Virus record (IMG/VR): IMGVR_UViG_3300031654_000003
Span: 1 to 57,775 of that record
Source: a virus
Taxonomy: Duplodnaviria > Caudoviricetes
Direction: 5' to 3' (one strand)
Length of the DNA stretch: 57,775 nucleotides
The notes beneath the pieces are model-generated. The model was not told where the DNA came from. It worked only from the letters and a program-made list of their open reading frames with translations, and ran no database searches. Made by a program: the position numbers and the translations under genes. The stretch's first letter is position 1. The number at the start of each line of letters is the position of its first letter. Below are positions 54,128 to 57,775 of this stretch, piece by piece.

Positions 54128-54783
54128 ACTCTCTCTACGTAATCCTTTCTGTAAGTACGGCCTTGATAGAATTGTTCACCAAGTTCCATCCTTATTCTTT
54201 CATGCTCCTGTATTTTTTCTTCGTGGTATTTTGCCGTGCGGGAACCTGACCATTCCCTGACAAGAGCCAAGGGGACTCCAATCTGCTTGAATTTCAGTCC
54301 TTTTTGGTACAGGTCGTAGAAGAAAAGATACTCATCGGTCAACGGATAATCCGTGCGGAACCTGATATCACCTATCTTTTCCCTTCTTACCGCTGTGGTA
54401 ATCGTGCTGATGAAATTACCCATAGAAACAAACAGGCCGATATTGAAGATTGGCGGACTCCAAATCGCCATGAGCTTATTGTTTTCATCAATAATAATAT
54501 GACTGGAATAAAAGACGTCGTAATCAGGGTATTTGTCCGCATACATCGCCAGAATCTCGCATTTTGAAAGAAGGAGAACATCATCATCGTATGCCCAAGT
54601 CACCAATTCGCCTTTGGCGATATCCAAAGCTCTGTTCGCAGCCTCGCCAGGCGTTATATCAGGGTCTCTAATCTCTAATATCTCCATGTCCTTTAGCGTC
54701 TGGTGCCGAATAGAGAGCATGGCAAGCTCGCTCATCTTGTCGTTTCTTATCGAAGGGTAGATAACCGTCATCTTGGGAGACAT
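54115..54783 (-). CDS. GT2 glycosyltransferase (tandem paralog)
   Basis: NRALDIAKGELVTWAYDDD, DEYLFF. Confidence 0.88.
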   Translation of the reverse strand: MSPKMTVIYPSIRNDKMSELAMLSIRHQTLKDMEILEIRDPDITPGEAANRALDIAKGELVTWAYDDDVLLLSKCEILAMYADKYPDYDVFYSSHIIIDENNKLMAIWSPPIFNIGLFVSMGNFISTITTAVRREKIGDIRFRTDYPLTDEYLFFYDLYQKGLKFKQIGVPLALVREWSGSRTAKYHEEKIQEHERIRMELGEQFYQGRTYRKDYVERVCQK

Positions 54784-55328
54784 TTACAAAACACCATGAA
54801 ATTGTATGACTCTTTTCGTGAGATAGCGTAATTCTCGAACCTTATCAGCTTAAAACCAAGAGATGTAAGTATGTTTATCAGTTCCACTACGGTAACGACT
54901 TCATCTATGGGCTGGCTTGGGTCGGTCTGCTCCGGCTGATTGAAGATTAAAAGACCGGAACCTTTGACTGTTTCCGAAATATTAACCAAACTCATATAAT
55001 GCTGGTCAAAAGGTATATGTTCCAGAACATCAAAGCAGGTGACAATGTCATACTTATCATCCGGCAGTCCCGTTAAAATATCCCTTGCTATAAATTCCGT
55101 CTGTGGAAACCTCTTTTGCTGAGCTTCAACGTCAGTATCAACACCAGTAACATGGGTGAACATACTCATAAGAAATGTCAGGTAACCATCCCCGCAGCCG
55201 ACATCAAGAACGCTAAGGCTCAACTTGAGATAAGGCAGAACAAGACTCATTATCACCTGTTTTCGTGGGGTAATTTTGAGCTGACTGACTTTTTGCTTAT
55301 AAAATTCTTTAACTTCCGCCGTTGTCAT
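54768..55328 (-). CDS. Class I SAM-dependent methyltransferase
   Basis: VLDVGCGDG, YDIVTCFDVLEHI. Confidence 0.9.
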   Translation of the reverse strand: MTTAEVKEFYKQKVSQLKITPRKQVIMSLVLPYLKLSLSVLDVGCGDGYLTFLMSMFTHVTGVDTDVEAQQKRFPQTEFIARDILTGLPDDKYDIVTCFDVLEHIPFDQHYMSLVNISETVKGSGLLIFNQPEQTDPSQPIDEVVTVVELINILTSLGFKLIRFENYAISRKESYNFMVFCKCLPR

Positions 55329-55368
55329 ACACTATATTTTTTGATAATTTGCATCCAATTAGCCAATA

Positions 55369-56430
55369 TTAAGCACCCTTTATAATCTTGTAGAACTCCT
55401 CTAAGACGTGGATATGCTTCTCCATCGTATAATCGAGCCTGTGATTAAAGACGTTTTTCTGTAGTTCCTGTCTTTCGTCCCATCTTGACTTGATTTCATC
55501 CACACTCTTGACCGATATACCAAATCCATTCTCCTCTACGAACTTGCCGACCTCCTCGGCGTTCAGTGCGATAACAGGGATTCCGCCGGCGAGATACTCG
55601 AAAAGCTTGTTGGGAAAAGCAAGATTCCATTCACGATATTCAGAAAGATTGCCGCATAGCCCCCAATCGTGAAAGCCCAGATACATCAGCATTCTTTCGT
55701 AAGGCAGGCCATCGTGCAGGATACAGATATCCTTGTAGCAGCTCTTTACTTTCTCATTGCTGGCTTTGGGTGAATAAATATGGAAATCCAAGCCAGATTC
55801 CTTGAAAGCATTGCACAATTCGACATAGGTGCAGTAGTGCATAAAATCCGCTTGCTCCGGTGTATCTATTCTTCCCTCGTAAACTATGCCGCCTACGGAT
55901 CGCCAGCTATTAAATTGATAGAACTGCTCGTTTACGTAAGAAGGCAGAACACATGAGGGTTTTGGGCTTGCGATTATCTCTTGACATTTCCGACCTACGA
56001 ATACCAAGCCATCAGCCACATCGAATGTTAATCTTTCTTCCGCCGATTTGTGCCTGTCCTCGGTACTCCTGAGAAACATCGAGTCGTGTATATCGAGAAC
56101 TGCCGGAATGTTCGGCAAAACTTCTTTTGCGACAAGAATCGGCCATGAAGGTTCGTTATGGACATGGATTATATCTGCGTCCCGATGTAACCTAAGTGTC
56201 TCTCTTAACTGGCTTGCAGTGGCAAACTGGCTTGCTGTCGTACACTGTGGAGCTATGCTCGGTAGTTTATTGCCTACAATATGGACTTCATGCCCCTTAT
56301 CCAAAAGGGCTATCGCCTGCTTCTGAAGCCGGACGCAGCAGTGAAATCCAATTTTGACAATTTTTATAATCTTGTCCTTAACCGGCAAGTTATGGGAGCG
56401 ACCCAAAAAGAGCCGCTCCCTAAAATCCAA
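55369..56430 (-). CDS. GT-B (GT4-like) glycosyltransferase (start uncertain)
   Basis: DIIHVHNEP, DIHD, PNKLFEYLAGGIPV. Confidence 0.88.
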   Translation of the reverse strand: MDFRERLFLGRSHNLPVKDKIIKIVKIGFHCCVRLQKQAIALLDKGHEVHIVGNKLPSIAPQCTTASQFATASQLRETLRLHRDADIIHVHNEPSWPILVAKEVLPNIPAVLDIHDSMFLRSTEDRHKSAEERLTFDVADGLVFVGRKCQEIIASPKPSCVLPSYVNEQFYQFNSWRSVGGIVYEGRIDTPEQADFMHYCTYVELCNAFKESGLDFHIYSPKASNEKVKSCYKDICILHDGLPYERMLMYLGFHDWGLCGNLSEYREWNLAFPNKLFEYLAGGIPVIALNAEEVGKFVEENGFGISVKSVDEIKSRWDERQELQKNVFNHRLDYTMEKHIHVLEEFYKIIKGA

Positions 56431-56439
56431 TTTTCCCCA

Positions 56440-56838
56440 CTATGCTGAATCGTAGGTCTGTTGATAGTCAAAGAAGTAGAAGAACGAACCACTATCGCCA
56501 ACTACCTTGACTCCCGGCTGGACAACCTGATTCTTCGCAATTGTCGTTGCCGTCTCCGGCGCACAACCAGTAGCCTCACCACTACCCAACGATGTCTTGC
56601 CAGGAACAAAAGTGGCTAATTCAGTGCCGCCTTCTGTTCTTAGCATGAATGAGGTCGATGAGGAACACACTATATCACTGGCCGCCGAAATAATACCAAA
56701 CCTCACCAGCTTGGCCTTAAAAGGCAACCGGAAGAACTCTTCTGCAACAACAGCAGAGGCACCTATATCATCTTTGGTAGGGAATTTATGTGTCTGAACC
56801 ACGCTATAGCGCGGGTCTGTATATGCTTCGCCTCCCAT
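56440..56838 (-). CDS. Capsid decoration-like protein
   Basis: 132-aa beta-rich protein directly after capsid gene; AAGGAG SD. Confidence 0.6.
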   Translation of the reverse strand: MGGEAYTDPRYSVVQTHKFPTKDDIGASAVVAEEFFRLPFKAKLVRFGIISAASDIVCSSSTSFMLRTEGGTELATFVPGKTSLGSGEATGCAPETATTIAKNQVVQPGVKVVGDSGSFFYFFDYQQTYDSA

Positions 56839-56883
56839 ATTATTTCTCCTTAAAATGGATTAGTTATTTAGTTACAAAGACCG

Positions 56884-57756
56884 TTACAGGCTTGTTCCGT
56901 GAATGATGTGTGGAGCCCAGCCTTTGTTTGCATCAATGCTGTCGCCAGTACCAGAAGCACCGCACCAGATAATCTTAAAGGCCAGATATGCCAGCCACAG
57001 TATCCACTTCTGACGACCACCTTCCTCTTCGTAGGACCTCATCTCAGGTAACATGGAATCCAATTCCATCACGGAGTCATCACCGAACACAACAGACTCG
57101 CCATACACGGAACCAAGAGAGTTCGACAGAACATTTGTGTCCTGGACGAACCGGCAGTTGTAAACCTTGCCGGCCTCAGCCGTTAATCTCTGCTCCGGCT
57201 TGGTGTAGCGATAAACATCCTGCCAGTTTGTATCATCCTTAAGCCCGCGAAGTGCATTGACAGAGGCTATACAAACATAGTTGCCTTCCTTGTCATACGG
57301 TGGAACCTTCCAGCTTGCTAACTGGTCACACATATTCTTGACGTGAAAGACATTAAGGTTGCTTGTAGCCGTTCCACCAGCAGTGCCGTTCGTGGTCAAA
57401 GTTCCGGCTGTACTCGTCGAGCATACGTACTTGGCCAAGGTAGCCCTGAACTGTGTGGCAACCGCCCGGTCGAGAGTGTCGGCCTGATGGTTCCTCAAAA
57501 CCTTATGAAGCATATTGTCAACGTTGTATTCAGCCAAGGTTTCGAGCTTTTCTGTAAAGGGAATTTTTAAGCCATATTCACCGATTGTGGCCGTTCCCCG
57601 TGCGACAACAACCTGACCTATCGGCATGGTTGATGTTTCTGTCAAAGTGCCGTGAGTGCCGGGGATGTTGCCATACTTCGGGAAAACTACCTCATAGCCT
57701 TTATTCTTACCCCATTCTTCTTTATTTGAAACAAACTGCCGAAAGCGATACATACT
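56884..57756 (-). CDS. Major capsid protein (N4-gp56-like), exon 2 remainder
   Basis: FRQF...GKNKG...FPKYGN, EYG..IPFTEKL, AEAGKVYNCRFVQ, FGDD motifs; follows scaffold on the circular map. Confidence 0.9.
   Translation of the reverse strand, partial: SMYRFRQFVSNKEEWGKNKGYEVVFPKYGNIPGTHGTLTETSTMPIGQVVVARGTATIGEYGLKIPFTEKLETLAEYNVDNMLHKVLRNHQADTLDRAVATQFRATLAKYVCSTSTAGTLTTNGTAGGTATSNLNVFHVKNMCDQLASWKVPPYDKEGNYVCIASVNALRGLKDDTNWQDVYRYTKPEQRLTAEAGKVYNCRFVQDTNVLSNSLGSVYGESVVFGDDSVMELDSMLPEMRSYEEEGGRQKWILWLAYLAFKIIWCGASGTGDSIDANKGWAPHIIHGTSL
57631..57756. repeat. Terminal direct repeat, right copy
   Basis: Exact copy of 1-126. Confidence 0.97.
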
Positions 57757-57775
57757 AATGATACGGCGACCACCG
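57757..57775 (+). other. Illumina P5 adapter remnant (artefact)
   Basis: AATGATACGGCGACCACCG is the start of the P5 adapter and begins exactly where identity to 1-126 stops. Confidence 0.97.

Noticed and set aside
1-57775. Alternative genetic code
   Set aside because: Core genes are full length under the standard bacterial code
1-57775. Firm host assignment
   Set aside because: Spanin-like genes and lipoproteins suggest a diderm host, but no taxon can be supported without searching attP

Overview
Apparently complete, circularly assembled genome (57,630 bp unique) of a temperate podovirus-type dsDNA phage. Bases 1-126 are repeated exactly at 57631-57756, and the last 19 nt are Illumina P5 adapter. 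The minus strand carries replication genes (16730 leftwards), small accessory genes, TerS/TerL, portal and scaffold. It continues across the contig ends with an N4-gp56-like major capsid gene split by a group I intron encoding a LAGLIDADG endonuclease, nine glycosyl-/methyltransferases, two 21-aa-repeat fibre proteins, adaptor, nozzle, three ejection-type proteins, a PurD-like ATP-grasp enzyme and a holin/spanin-like cassette with no recognisable endolysin. The plus strand (about 17-29.4 kb) carries early and recombination genes, interrupted by a tyrosine integrase and a tRNA-Gly-derived attP. Most unusual signals: (1) an intact HNH endonuclease gene with its own promoter nested antisense and codon-aligned inside the open 1506-aa virion gene; (2) three promoter-proximal leaders sharing an A-B-A'-B' fold in which the terminator loop is complementary to the leader start codon, in a temperate phage lacking a recognisable CI repressor; (3) a covarying AATAG-hairpin-TGAAA element in front of two late-operon terminators. 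All family calls are by eye from motifs and gene order, not database searches.
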